This document shows positions 37,527 to 46,168 of a stretch of DNA of 51,757 nt, piece by piece. The notes beneath the pieces are model-generated. The model did no database searches. It saw only the letters and a program-made list of their open reading frames with translations, and had not been told where the DNA came from. Origin of the DNA: a virus (Duplodnaviria; Caudoviricetes); the IMG/VR virus record IMGVR_UViG_3300032117_000040, positions 1 through 51,757 of that record. The stretch is one strand, 5' to 3'. Positions within the stretch are counted from its first letter, which is position 1, and each line of letters starts with the position of its first letter. The translations under genes were made by a program, and so were the position numbers.

Positions 37527-38204
37527 ATGTCAAATCAACTCTCAGTTTTTAAATCTGCTGGTCTTCCCGCTGTTGCGAATGTTGCCAACGCTTTGCGTAC
37601 CATGAAAGTGGAAAACGCAGGTCACGTCATCATCAAAATGGACAAGACAGGCCACTGGGTTTTTGGCGCTGATCAAACCGAAATCGAATCTGATTCACAA
37701 TGGGCTATCAACCCATTCAGCTTCATCCACGGCTTTATTGCTTGGGGTGACGGCGACGTTTTGGGCGAGAAGATGGTTGCCATCAATGAGCCATTGCCTG
37801 ATCTGGATGAAGCACCTAAAGGCGCTAAAAAGGGTTGGGAATCACAAGTCGGTTTGTCGATGAAATGCACCAACGGCGAAGACGCTGGTATGGAAGCACG
37901 CTACACCACCACTTCTGTGGGCGGCAAACGCGCTGTTCAAACTTTGGGCGCAGCCATTGCTGATCAGATCGAAAAAGACCCAAGCAAGCCTGTGGCCATT
38001 GTGTCTTTGAAAAAGGATCACTACAGTCACAAGTCTTATGGCCGTATCTACACACCCGTGTTTGAAATCGTGGGCTGGATGGGTATGACCGAAGAAGCTG
38101 CGCCAGCTGCTGAGGCCGAAGGTGGTGATGCGCCTGAACCTGCAACTGAAGCTGAAGCACCTGCTGAGACTGCGCCAACACGCCGCCGTCGTGCTGCTGT
38201 TTAA
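37527..38204 (+). CDS. ssDNA-binding/annealing protein (putative)
   Basis: Between nuclease and polymerase; aromatic OB-like core; acidic tail. Confidence 0.6.
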   Translation: MSNQLSVFKSAGLPAVANVANALRTMKVENAGHVIIKMDKTGHWVFGADQTEIESDSQWAINPFSFIHGFIAWGDGDVLGEKMVAINEPLPDLDEAPKGAKKGWESQVGLSMKCTNGEDAGMEARYTTTSVGGKRAVQTLGAAIADQIEKDPSKPVAIVSLKKDHYSHKSYGRIYTPVFEIVGWMGMTEEAAPAAEAEGGDAPEPATEAEAPAETAPTRRRRAAV

Positions 38205-38208
38205 TTGA

Positions 38209-38290
38209 TCGGGGAAAGCTATTCAGGAATTCGGCTTGTATAAGCGTTAGCACCTGCCACTCTCCTGAATAGCCGTACCTTATTTTCCGA
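38209..38290 (+). ncRNA. structured intergenic RNA upstream of the polymerase
   Basis: 11-bp perfect inverted repeat GCTATTCAGGA/TCCTGAATAGC, an inner hairpin, and a GAAA/CGUA internal loop. Confidence 0.45.
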
Positions 38291-38302
38291 GGGCTCACAC
38301 TC

Positions 38303-40273
38303 ATGTCTGTTTTATGGCTTGACTTTGAAACACGAAGTCGTTGCAATCTACTCATCCACGGCGCATACAACTATGCCCAAGACCTTAGCACTGAGGTGCT
38401 TTGCATGTCCTACGCCTTTGACGACGAAGATGTCGTCACATGGGTGCCCGGCCAACCTTTTCCAAAAGAGGTCAAAGAATTCAAAGGTCAGATCCGCGCG
38501 CACAACGCTGCGTTCGAGCGACTGATCTTCTGGTATGTTTTACAAATCAATTTCAAGCTGGAGCAGTTCTATTGCACAGCTGCTCAAGCGCGCGCCAACT
38601 GCGCCCCCGGCTCACTGGATGACGTAGGGCGATTTATTGGCGCTGGGATGCGCAAAGACTTTCGCGGTTCGCAATTGATCCGGTTGCTGTCCATCCCCAA
38701 TCAAGATGGCGAGTTCAACGAAGACCCCAAGCTCATGCAAGAGATGGTTGATTATTGTGAACAAGACGTTCGTGCCATGCGCGAGAACAGTCAAATGCAG
38801 CGCCAGCTTACAGACTTGGAGCTGTTGGACTACCACATCAACGAGCGCATCAACGACCGTGGCGTGCGCGTGGATGTGGACTTGGCGCAAGCCGCCATGT
38901 ATTACGCCACCATCGAGCTCGAAGACATCGAAACGCTGGTGCAAGACATTACCGAAGGCGAGATCACCAGCGTGCGAAGCCCCAGAATGCGTCAATGGGT
39001 GTTGGAGCGCGTGGGCGATGAAGCCAAGAAAATGATGGAGAGCTACAAAGACGGCGAACGCAAATACTCCATTGATAAGTCAGTACGCGCTAACTTACTT
39101 GTGTTTGCGGATGAAAATCCCGATGAGATTCCACCTCACGTGGCTGACGTGATTCAATGCGCCGACGATCTGTGGGCGTCGTCTGTGGCCAAGTTCCGAC
39201 GCATGGCATCGTTGGCTGACTTTGAGGATCAGCGCGTGCGCGGAGCGTTCATGTTCAATGGCGGCAGCGCCACGGGTAGGGCTTCGAGCATGGGCTTACA
39301 GGTGCACAACTTCACGCGCAAATGCGCCAAAGAGCCTCAGCGCGTGCGTGACGTCATGGTGGCCAAGGGCAAAATCGTGCCGCAGTTTGGCAACCGTGTG
39401 ACCGATGTGCTCAAAGGCATGTTGCGTCCGGCGATGGTTCCGGCCAAGGGCAAAGTGTTTGTCGTGGCCGATTGGTCTGCCATTGAAGCGCGCATGAATC
39501 CTTGGTGCTCCAACCATGACCGCGCTGAAGAAGTGCTGAATGTGTTTCGCTCAGGTCGGGACATTTATATCCGCGAGGCCGCAGGTATTTTCCATTGCCC
39601 TGAAAGTGAGATCGAAGATGAAATTGAGCAAACTGGTGGTTCTGAACGCCGTCAAATTGGTAAGGTTGCTATTCTTAGTTGCGGGTATGGCGGTGGTGTT
39701 GGCGCTTTTACCGCTATGGGTCGTAATTACGGAATCATTCTTCCTGAGTCTGATTCTCGTCGCACTGTTGATGCGTGGCGCCGCGCGAATCCTTGGGCGG
39801 TGAGATTCTGGCAACAGCTGGAAGAAGCTTACACCAGAGCCATGCGTAATCCAAATGCTGAGTTCTCAGCAGGGCGAGTAACCTATATGTTTGATGGGGT
39901 TCACCTATGGTACGCATTGCCTTCTGGTCGAGTACTATGTTATCCCTTCGCACGTTTGGAAGATGATGCCGTTACCTATGCAAAAGCTGCTTGGAAGCCT
40001 GCCGCTGAAGCAAAAGAATGGCCACGTGCAAGATTGTGGAAAGGGCTTGCATGTGAAAATATCACACAAGCCGCAGCGAATGACATCCTGCGGCATTCTC
40101 TTCGCAACATCGATGACGTCGTGCTGCACGTGCACGATGAAATCGTTGTCGAAACCAATCAACCTGATGCTGTTGTCGCCGAAATGAAACGAGTGATGTG
40201 TACGCCGCCCGAATGGGCACAGGGCTTGCCATTGAACGCCGATATTAAGGTGATGGAGCGTTACGGCAAGTAA
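38303..40273 (+). CDS. family A DNA polymerase with 3'-5' exonuclease
   Basis: DFET, AHNAAFER and YC..DV; motif A DWSAIEAR; motif B R..GKVAIL..GYG; motif C VHDEI. Confidence 0.95.
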   Translation: MSVLWLDFETRSRCNLLIHGAYNYAQDLSTEVLCMSYAFDDEDVVTWVPGQPFPKEVKEFKGQIRAHNAAFERLIFWYVLQINFKLEQFYCTAAQARANCAPGSLDDVGRFIGAGMRKDFRGSQLIRLLSIPNQDGEFNEDPKLMQEMVDYCEQDVRAMRENSQMQRQLTDLELLDYHINERINDRGVRVDVDLAQAAMYYATIELEDIETLVQDITEGEITSVRSPRMRQWVLERVGDEAKKMMESYKDGERKYSIDKSVRANLLVFADENPDEIPPHVADVIQCADDLWASSVAKFRRMASLADFEDQRVRGAFMFNGGSATGRASSMGLQVHNFTRKCAKEPQRVRDVMVAKGKIVPQFGNRVTDVLKGMLRPAMVPAKGKVFVVADWSAIEARMNPWCSNHDRAEEVLNVFRSGRDIYIREAAGIFHCPESEIEDEIEQTGGSERRQIGKVAILSCGYGGGVGAFTAMGRNYGIILPESDSRRTVDAWRRANPWAVRFWQQLEEAYTRAMRNPNAEFSAGRVTYMFDGVHLWYALPSGRVLCYPFARLEDDAVTYAKAAWKPAAEAKEWPRARLWKGLACENITQAAANDILRHSLRNIDDVVLHVHDEIVVETNQPDAVVAEMKRVMCTPPEWAQGLPLNADIKVMERYGK

Positions 40274-40318
40274 AGAAAACGCCCGTTGGTAGACGGGCGC
40301 AAACAAAGGAGAAATGAC

Positions 40319-42637
40319 TTGGAGTTCATCGATTATATCGCGGGTCTTGCCCCAGAGGGCGAGACGGTTTTGCTCGTTCAACAAAAACCAGTACGCAAGG
40401 ACGGAGAGCCTGTACTGCACAACGACGGCACGCCAAAATACGTTTGGCCAGCCTTCCCGCCAGATCACATCGTCAAGCCCGGTTCGGCGTTTTACGCCAA
40501 CACGGGCTGTTTTATTTTGGATCGCTTTGCGGGCAACAAGCCCTCGGCCAGCGCCGCCAACTGCGAATATGTGTTGGTCATGGTGCTTGACGACGTGGGC
40601 ACCAAATCCAAGACGCCGCCCATTGAGCCGACTTGGATCATGGAGACTTCGCCCGGCAACTATCAATGGGGCTACACATTTTCCGAGCAGCCCACTAAAG
40701 GCGAATTTGCCGCAGCCATCAAAGCCGTCGCCGAAGCTGGGTTCACCGACAAGGGCGCGATCAACGCCGTGCGCAACTTCCGCATCCCCGGCTCGGTCAA
40801 CCTGAAAGCGGGCAAAGATTTCTTTGAATCCAAGTTGGTGGAGTTCCACCCCGAGCGCGAGTTCACGCTTGACCAAATCTGCAACGCTTTGGGCGTGGTG
40901 CCCGGCGACGCAGACAGCGCCACCATGCGCGGTGTCAAGCTTGAAGACGACGGCGACGATGAAATCCTCAATTTCGTGGCCGACAACGCCATGTTGTTTG
41001 AGCGCCCCAATATGTCCGGCTGGGCTGGCGTGCTCTGCCCACAAGCCGACAAGCACAGTGACGGCAATCCAATGGCGCGGTACAACCCGATCCATCGGTC
41101 GTTTTGCTGTTACCACAGCTCCTGCGAAGGGCTGAATTCACGGGCATATCTTGAATGGCTGACGACATTGGGTGCACCTAAGCATGAGCCCGGCATACGC
41201 TCAGAGTTGTTGAGCGAGAAAATGGGCGAGGCGCTGGCGAAGATCCAGCCCTCGGACATGTTTCAGGCGACTGCCGATGAAGCGATCGCTGAGATAGAGC
41301 AAAAAGAACTTGGCCGGATGCAAAAAGATGATTGGTATGGGCGCTTCGCCTATATCCAAGATGATGATGCGTACTTCGACCAAGTGGAGCGCCGCGAAAT
41401 TTCTCGCAGCACCTTCAACGCCCTGTACCGCCATATAAGCTGCAAGTCTATCCACACGGGCAGGCGCATCGAGGCGTCGGTGTGTTTTGATGAGAACCGC
41501 GACCGCCGCAACGCGCAGGCGCTGGTGGGCATCACTTACGCCCCCGGCGACGGCGTGCTGCTCAAACGCGACGGCCAGCTCTACGGCAACCGCTGGCGCG
41601 ACGCGCGGCCAGATTTGTCAGGCGTGACGCCTTCGGACATCGAGCCTTGGCTGGCGCATTGCCGTGAGCTTATCCCTAACGACACGGAGCTTGAGCACAT
41701 CTTCAACGTCATGGCGTTTAAGCTGCAAAACCCACACATCAAGATCAACCACGCTATTTTGCACGGCGGCGATGAGGGTTCGGGCAAAGATACGATGTGG
41801 GCACCGTTTATTTGGTCGGTCTGCGGCGCCAACCTGCGCAACCGTGGGATCATGGACAGCGACAGCGTGAATTCGCAGTGGGGCTATCAGCTTGAATCTG
41901 AAATCCTTTTGATCAACGAATTGAAAGAACCCGACGCGGCCACCCGCAGGGCATTGGCCAATAAGCTCAAGCCCATCATTGCGGCGCCGCCCGACATGCT
42001 ACCCATCAACCGCAAGGGGCTGCACCCTTACATGATGGTCAACCGCACGTTTGTGTTGGCATTTTCCAATGACCCTGTGCCAATTTCCTTGCCTTCACAA
42101 GATCGTCGCTGGTTCTGCGTTTGGTCGCAAGCCCCGCGCATGGCCGCAGACCGCGCCAAGGCAATGTGGGATTGGTACCACGCTGGGGGCTTTCAGGCTG
42201 TGGCCTTGTGGCTCAAAAACCGCGATGTGTCCAAGTTCAACCCATCCGAAACACCGATGATGACCGAGTTCAAGATGAACTTGGTGGAGCACGGCATGAG
42301 CATGGCCGAGTCGTTCATTGTGGAGATGTTGCGCAACCGTTTGGGCGAGTTCCAGCGCGGCATGATCGGCAGCCCATTCCACAGCGTATGCGATCGGCTC
42401 ACGGGCGTGGCGCCCAGCGGCACAAAGATCCCTCAAGCCGCGCTGCTGCACGCGCTCAAAGAAGCTGGTTGGAAGGACATGGGGCGCATCGCTTCTACCG
42501 ATTTCCCCAACAAAAAACGCATCTTCTGTGCCCCAGAGATTGCCGAAACCCATAGCAAATCCGAGCTGCGCCGCATGATTGAAACGCCCATCGAGGCCAA
42601 AAACGTCGTGGTCAATATGCAGAAAAAAGCTGCATAA
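40319..42637 (+). CDS. primase-helicase (RepB/AEP-like primase, Zn-binding domain, SF3/D5-like ATPase)
   Basis: LDDVG and ETSPGNYQW; CP..H..C.H..C; Walker A GDEGSGKD; TTG start 7 nt after AAGGAG. Confidence 0.85.
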   Translation: MEFIDYIAGLAPEGETVLLVQQKPVRKDGEPVLHNDGTPKYVWPAFPPDHIVKPGSAFYANTGCFILDRFAGNKPSASAANCEYVLVMVLDDVGTKSKTPPIEPTWIMETSPGNYQWGYTFSEQPTKGEFAAAIKAVAEAGFTDKGAINAVRNFRIPGSVNLKAGKDFFESKLVEFHPEREFTLDQICNALGVVPGDADSATMRGVKLEDDGDDEILNFVADNAMLFERPNMSGWAGVLCPQADKHSDGNPMARYNPIHRSFCCYHSSCEGLNSRAYLEWLTTLGAPKHEPGIRSELLSEKMGEALAKIQPSDMFQATADEAIAEIEQKELGRMQKDDWYGRFAYIQDDDAYFDQVERREISRSTFNALYRHISCKSIHTGRRIEASVCFDENRDRRNAQALVGITYAPGDGVLLKRDGQLYGNRWRDARPDLSGVTPSDIEPWLAHCRELIPNDTELEHIFNVMAFKLQNPHIKINHAILHGGDEGSGKDTMWAPFIWSVCGANLRNRGIMDSDSVNSQWGYQLESEILLINELKEPDAATRRALANKLKPIIAAPPDMLPINRKGLHPYMMVNRTFVLAFSNDPVPISLPSQDRRWFCVWSQAPRMAADRAKAMWDWYHAGGFQAVALWLKNRDVSKFNPSETPMMTEFKMNLVEHGMSMAESFIVEMLRNRLGEFQRGMIGSPFHSVCDRLTGVAPSGTKIPQAALLHALKEAGWKDMGRIASTDFPNKKRIFCAPEIAETHSKSELRRMIETPIEAKNVVVNMQKKAA

Positions 42638-42657
42638 AAATATCTGTCAAAAACTTC

Positions 42658-42694
42658 TTGACAGCCTGAATCATTGTGCTATATGATTCAGGCT
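42658..42694 (+). promoter_or_regulatory. sigma70 promoter with overlapping operator-like palindrome
   Basis: TTGACA, 18 nt, TATGAT; 12-bp perfect inverted repeat AGCCTGAATCAT/ATGATTCAGGCT. Confidence 0.7.
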
Positions 42695-42721
42695 CAATCA
42701 ACTTCAGTAAAGGACATTGCA

Positions 42722-42958
42722 ATGAATCCAGCACAAGCGCGGTGGGATCCAAAGACCGATGAATGGGTGTTTGAGAATCTGACGCCTGCCGAACTCAAGG
42801 CAATTGCCGTACACATTGGCGAGAGCAAAGCTGACCGCATGATGCAAAAGCTCAACGCTCCTATGCCGATCGACCACATCAAAAAGCACCACGGAGACCG
42901 CTGGGAAAGTTTGGAGCAAGTGGTGCGTTGGGCAGAAGACTACCACCAAATCAAATAA
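42722..42958 (+). CDS. hypothetical protein
   Basis: ATG at 42722 after AAGGA; 78 aa. Confidence 0.6.
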   Translation: MNPAQARWDPKTDEWVFENLTPAELKAIAVHIGESKADRMMQKLNAPMPIDHIKKHHGDRWESLEQVVRWAEDYHQIK

Positions 42959-42978
42959 CTTTTTACAAAGGGCTCAAC

Positions 42979-43092
42979 ATGGACGACTTGATAAACATTT
43001 TTGCGCTTGTGGCTGTAATGGCGCTGGGCATTGGCGCTTTCGTAGGCGCGTTGTATTGGATGCTTGACCTGCACAAAGGGGGCGACAAATGA
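42979..43092 (+). CDS. 37-aa TM peptide
   Basis: Translated by hand: MDDLINIFALVAVMALGIGAFVGALYWMLDLHKGGDK; ATGA-coupled. Confidence 0.55.
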   Translation: MDDLINIFALVAVMALGIGAFVGALYWMLDLHKGGDK

Positions 43093-43316
43093 CTGATGAC
43101 GCGCTTTTGATGTTATTGGCTGACTATTACTATGTGCGGTGGTTGGCTACAGCGGCTTTGATAGACGCTAAAAAAGCTTTTGCAGAAGGCGACGAACTGC
43201 TCGGCTATGACAATTTGTTTGCTTGGGTTGAATATTTGGAAGATAGCAACTTTTTGTTTGGCATGTTGTTGGGCAAAGAAATGAAAGCAATGAATATTTT
43301 GAGAGGTTGGGTATGA
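43089..43316 (+). CDS. hypothetical protein (paralogue of 43965-44195)
   Basis: 75 aa; translationally coupled. Confidence 0.6.
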   Translation: MTDDALLMLLADYYYVRWLATAALIDAKKAFAEGDELLGYDNLFAWVEYLEDSNFLFGMLLGKEMKAMNILRGWV

Positions 43317-43519
43317 CTAAACAAGAATTGATCAATACGTTGCGTATCACTGGATGCGACCCCAATACTGTGATGGCTATGACCAACGCCTATGAGCTTG
43401 GGGCTGAGGCTATGAAAGATGCGTGCGTTGCGGCATGCGAAGCCAAAGAAGGCAACGACCCGTATGCCAACGAAATTGTGTACGCCTGCACTTGGGCAGT
43501 CAAGAATGTGCAGGTGTGA
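43313..43519 (+). CDS. hypothetical protein
   Basis: ATGA-coupled start at 43313; AC...CE motif. Confidence 0.55.
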   Translation: MTKQELINTLRITGCDPNTVMAMTNAYELGAEAMKDACVAACEAKEGNDPYANEIVYACTWAVKNVQV

Positions 43520-43606
43520 TATGTGGCCTTTCCCGCAATTCCCAAACAACAAAGACAACAACAAACCACCGAAGTTCAATCCTGACAACTACGAAGATGC
43601 ACCGCT

Positions 43607-43840
43607 ATGACACAAGATGAAATCATTGAGATGTGGAAGAACTCAGGCGACTTAGAAATTATTGGTATGCCTTACAGCAAGATTGAAGCCTTTGCCAAAT
43701 TGGTGGAGGAACGTGCAACAGCTAAAGAGCGTGAGGCGTGTGCAAAGATATGTGATGGCATGGACAGCATAAGCGACTACTACACACTACGAGTTGAACT
43801 AATTTGCGCCAACGCAATCCGAGCAAGGGGGCAAGAATGA
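43607..43840 (+). CDS. hypothetical protein (FAKLV..EREACAKIC..CANAIRARG family)
   Basis: 77 aa; ends inside the junction repeat. Confidence 0.65.
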   Translation: MTQDEIIEMWKNSGDLEIIGMPYSKIEAFAKLVEERATAKEREACAKICDGMDSISDYYTLRVELICANAIRARGQE

Positions 43841-43968
43841 AATTTACACCACAACCATTCAAGAGTGACATCGTTGAATTTACATGGTTTGACTTGTTGC
43901 GTTTAGCATTTGGCAAAGAATTGCGTGACAGCGCATTGATTGCACGTCGAGCAAGGGGACAAGAATGA
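43837..43968 (+). CDS. 43-aa hypothetical protein
   Basis: Starts and ends within junction repeats. Confidence 0.55.
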   Translation: MKFTPQPFKSDIVEFTWFDLLRLAFGKELRDSALIARRARGQE

Positions 43969-44195
43969 CAGACAAAGAACTTTTACAAAAATACAAAGAT
44001 TACTGTATTTACAGACATATTGCATCAAGTAATTTGTTTGAATCTTATGAATTTTTGGAACAAGACGATGAATTTAATTCATGGCAAGCATTAATGGAAT
44101 GGGGATATTACAAAACACAATGCAACCACATTTTGGATAACTTGCATTACAGAGATTACGACAGACTTTGTGACTTAGCGGGGTCAATCGTATGA
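43965..44195 (+). CDS. hypothetical protein (paralogue of 43089-43316)
   Basis: 76 aa; AT-rich. Confidence 0.6.
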   Translation: MTDKELLQKYKDYCIYRHIASSNLFESYEFLEQDDEFNSWQALMEWGYYKTQCNHILDNLHYRDYDRLCDLAGSIV

Positions 44196-44228
44196 AGTTG
44201 ATGAATCAATCCGAGTAAGGGGACAAGA

Positions 44229-44426
44229 ATGAAACGCTACTTTTCAACCATTGGGTATTGCATGACACCATTCATCATAAGCTATGCGTTTTGGTACGTG
44301 ATAGGCGCTGGCATCTCAGCAAGTTGGGATTTGGCTAACTGGACAACTGGTTTAAAAGTTACGTTGACCGTATGGGCGTGTGTCTTTGCAATCATGTTGC
44401 TTTTCAAACTTGAGCACAAAAAATGA
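44229..44426 (+). CDS. 2-TM small membrane protein
   Basis: 65 aa, hydrophobic. Confidence 0.6.
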   Translation: MKRYFSTIGYCMTPFIISYAFWYVIGAGISASWDLANWTTGLKVTLTVWACVFAIMLLFKLEHKK

Positions 44427-44580
44427 TTTACCTTAAAGAAAAACACAAGGACGGCAAACCTACGATTTGGGCAAGGTTTTCAAACGAAGAGTTGGCGCAA
44501 GCCACCAAAGCATTGATCCGACTGCGCCGCACCTACAAGCACAATTTTTTGTATCTTAGCAAAGAACGTGGAGGCAAATG

Positions 44581-44694
44581 ATGGACTGGATTGACATTGT
44601 TGTTGGCGGCATTGTTGCTATTTTTATCGTAGGCGGTTGCTTGGCGTTGTACGCTGATGCAACGAGCCACCCTTGGGAGGATAGTGATGATTGA
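44581..44694 (+). CDS. 37-aa TM peptide
   Basis: Translated by hand: MDWIDIVVGGIVAIFIVGGCLALYADATSHPWEDSDD; GGAGG RBS. Confidence 0.55.
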   Translation: MDWIDIVVGGIVAIFIVGGCLALYADATSHPWEDSDD

Positions 44695-45235
44695 AGCAAT
44701 GAAACAAACGCTTAAGGCGTTGGAACGTAGTGTCGCAACTTGTTTTGACCAATATTCACATCAACAAGTAATGAGCCAACCAGACCACTTCATCAATCAA
44801 GCCATCACATCCCTACGCAAAGCCATTGCAGAGGCAGAGAAGCAAGAGCAGGGTGAGCCTGATGATGAGGTGCTTGGTTTTAATGGTTGGGGGTTTCCTA
44901 TTGAGCCTCCACCAAATCCAAAGCAACAGCAGGGTGAGCCAGTTACTCTTGAGGAAATACGAAAAGCAATGATTTTTGGAATCCCTCTCTACACCCACCC
45001 ACAACCCAAAGCAGAGAAGCAAGAGCCTGTTGGATGGATAGATAGTAAAGGCAACATGCTTTGTGTAAAGATAAATGAATCTTGCAGACCCCTTTACACC
45101 CACCCACAACCCCGCAAGCCGCTGACGGATGAGCAGATTGACGACCTTGCTAGAACAATGGTCAAAGGTAACAAGTCTGTCAATTGGCTTGCCAGAGCAA
45201 TCGAAGCCGCCCACGGCATAGGAGTTGACAAATGA
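44687..45235 (+). CDS. mosaic hypothetical protein with repeated EPV...LYTHPQP modules
   Basis: Probable start at 44687; ends ARAIEAAHGI. Confidence 0.65.
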   Translation: MIEAMKQTLKALERSVATCFDQYSHQQVMSQPDHFINQAITSLRKAIAEAEKQEQGEPDDEVLGFNGWGFPIEPPPNPKQQQGEPVTLEEIRKAMIFGIPLYTHPQPKAEKQEPVGWIDSKGNMLCVKINESCRPLYTHPQPRKPLTDEQIDDLARTMVKGNKSVNWLARAIEAAHGIGVDK

Positions 45236-45699
45236 ATCAAAAAATGACTAAAAAATTGCTGTTTGAAAAAGTTGATTACAACGCGGAAACAGGTGTCTTT
45301 ACATGGAAACGAAATGGCGATGTTGCTGGTTATCCAAAATCAAATGGTTACATGCAAGTAAGAATTGATGGCAAATATTATTTGCTTCATAGGCTTGCTT
45401 GGTTGTATGTGTATGGAGAATTTCCATTAATGGATTTAGACCATATAAACCGTGTACGTTCAGACAATAGATTGTCAAATTTAAGATTGGCAACTAAATC
45501 CACAAATCAACAAAACAGGTCGTTGCAAATCAATAACCAATCTGGTGTCTCAGGCGTTGTTTTTAACAAACAATGCAAAACATGGAACGCAAGAATAAAA
45601 GCAAATAAAAAATTAATTCATCTTGGTTCTTTCAAATCATTTGATGATGCTGTTATTGCTAGAAAAAAAGCCGAAGAATTATTATGGAGTAAGACATGA
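45232..45699 (+). CDS. HNH endonuclease with AP2-like domain
   Basis: HRLAW, DHIN..R.DNR..NLR, SGV.GV and HLG.F...A..AR motifs. Confidence 0.9.
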   Translation: MNQKMTKKLLFEKVDYNAETGVFTWKRNGDVAGYPKSNGYMQVRIDGKYYLLHRLAWLYVYGEFPLMDLDHINRVRSDNRLSNLRLATKSTNQQNRSLQINNQSGVSGVVFNKQCKTWNARIKANKKLIHLGSFKSFDDAVIARKKAEELLWSKT

Positions 45700-45863
45700 A
45701 TCTAAACCAAGGCAAGGTGGCTGGCGGTCTGGTCGATGAAATGCTAGAGCTGGTTCACAAGTATGACGAATCGCTATACATGGCCACCGTAATTGGGTGC
45801 TTGGAGCTGGTTAAGCAACAGTTGATTAATGAAAGTTTGGAGAATCAAAATGACATTGATTGA
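45696..45863 (+). CDS. hypothetical protein
   Basis: Translated by hand (MNLNQGKVAGGLVDEMLELVHKYDE...); ATGA-coupled. Confidence 0.5.
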   Translation: MNLNQGKVAGGLVDEMLELVHKYDESLYMATVIGCLELVKQQLINESLENQNDID

Positions 45864-46059
45864 TCTTGGATTGTTGTGTTTGTTCCCTGTGATTTTTATT
45901 TTGGCAAAAGCGTTTGATCGCTACGCCCACCCACAACCCCGTACATGGGTAGACCTGACTGGAGAAGAATTGGAAACACTTTTGCGTGAAAACCGTTCGC
46001 TAACTTTAGGCGCAATATGGACAGTTGCCGACAAACTCAAGGAGAAAAACAATGGATGA
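45850..46059 (+). CDS. hypothetical protein (TM followed by WVDLT..E..KLKEKN module)
   Basis: Probable start at 45850 after GGAG. Confidence 0.55.
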   Translation: MTLIDLGLLCLFPVIFILAKAFDRYAHPQPRTWVDLTGEELETLLRENRSLTLGAIWTVADKLKEKNNG

Positions 46060-46168
46060 CGATATTTATAACATCCTCATGCTTTGCACAATCCTGTTTT
46101 TTGGAGCAGGATTCTTTACCGCTTTGCTAATTGCCAGTTGGGTGATGATTGAAGCCTTGTCAGACTAA
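46052..46168 (+). CDS. 38-aa TM peptide
   Basis: Translated by hand (MDDDIYNILMLCTILFFGAGFF...); AAGGAG RBS; convergently overlaps the lysin end. Confidence 0.55.
   Translation: MDDDIYNILMLCTILFFGAGFFTALLIASWVMIEALSD

Larger units (their letters stand above)
43815..44232 (+). repeat. three copies of CGAG(C/T)AAGGGG(G/A)CAAGAATGA
   Basis: Copies at 43820-43840, 43948-43968 and 44212-44232. Confidence 0.9.

Noticed and set aside
40280-40299. Hairpin CGCCCGT/ACGGGCG as a rightward terminator
   Set aside because: No U-tract follows on the + strand; it may act on the - strand or as a processing site, which is too uncertain to call.
40314-40805. 163-aa alternative-frame ORF at the primase start
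   Set aside because: Its ATG is only 2 nt from the AAGGAG, whereas the in-frame TTG at 40319 is optimally spaced; the product looks like a frame shadow.
39935-41116. 393-aa antisense ORF and similar shadows (4837-5559, 8015-8698, 9865-10560)
   Set aside because: They lie opposite well-supported genes, are explained by codon bias, and show no motifs.
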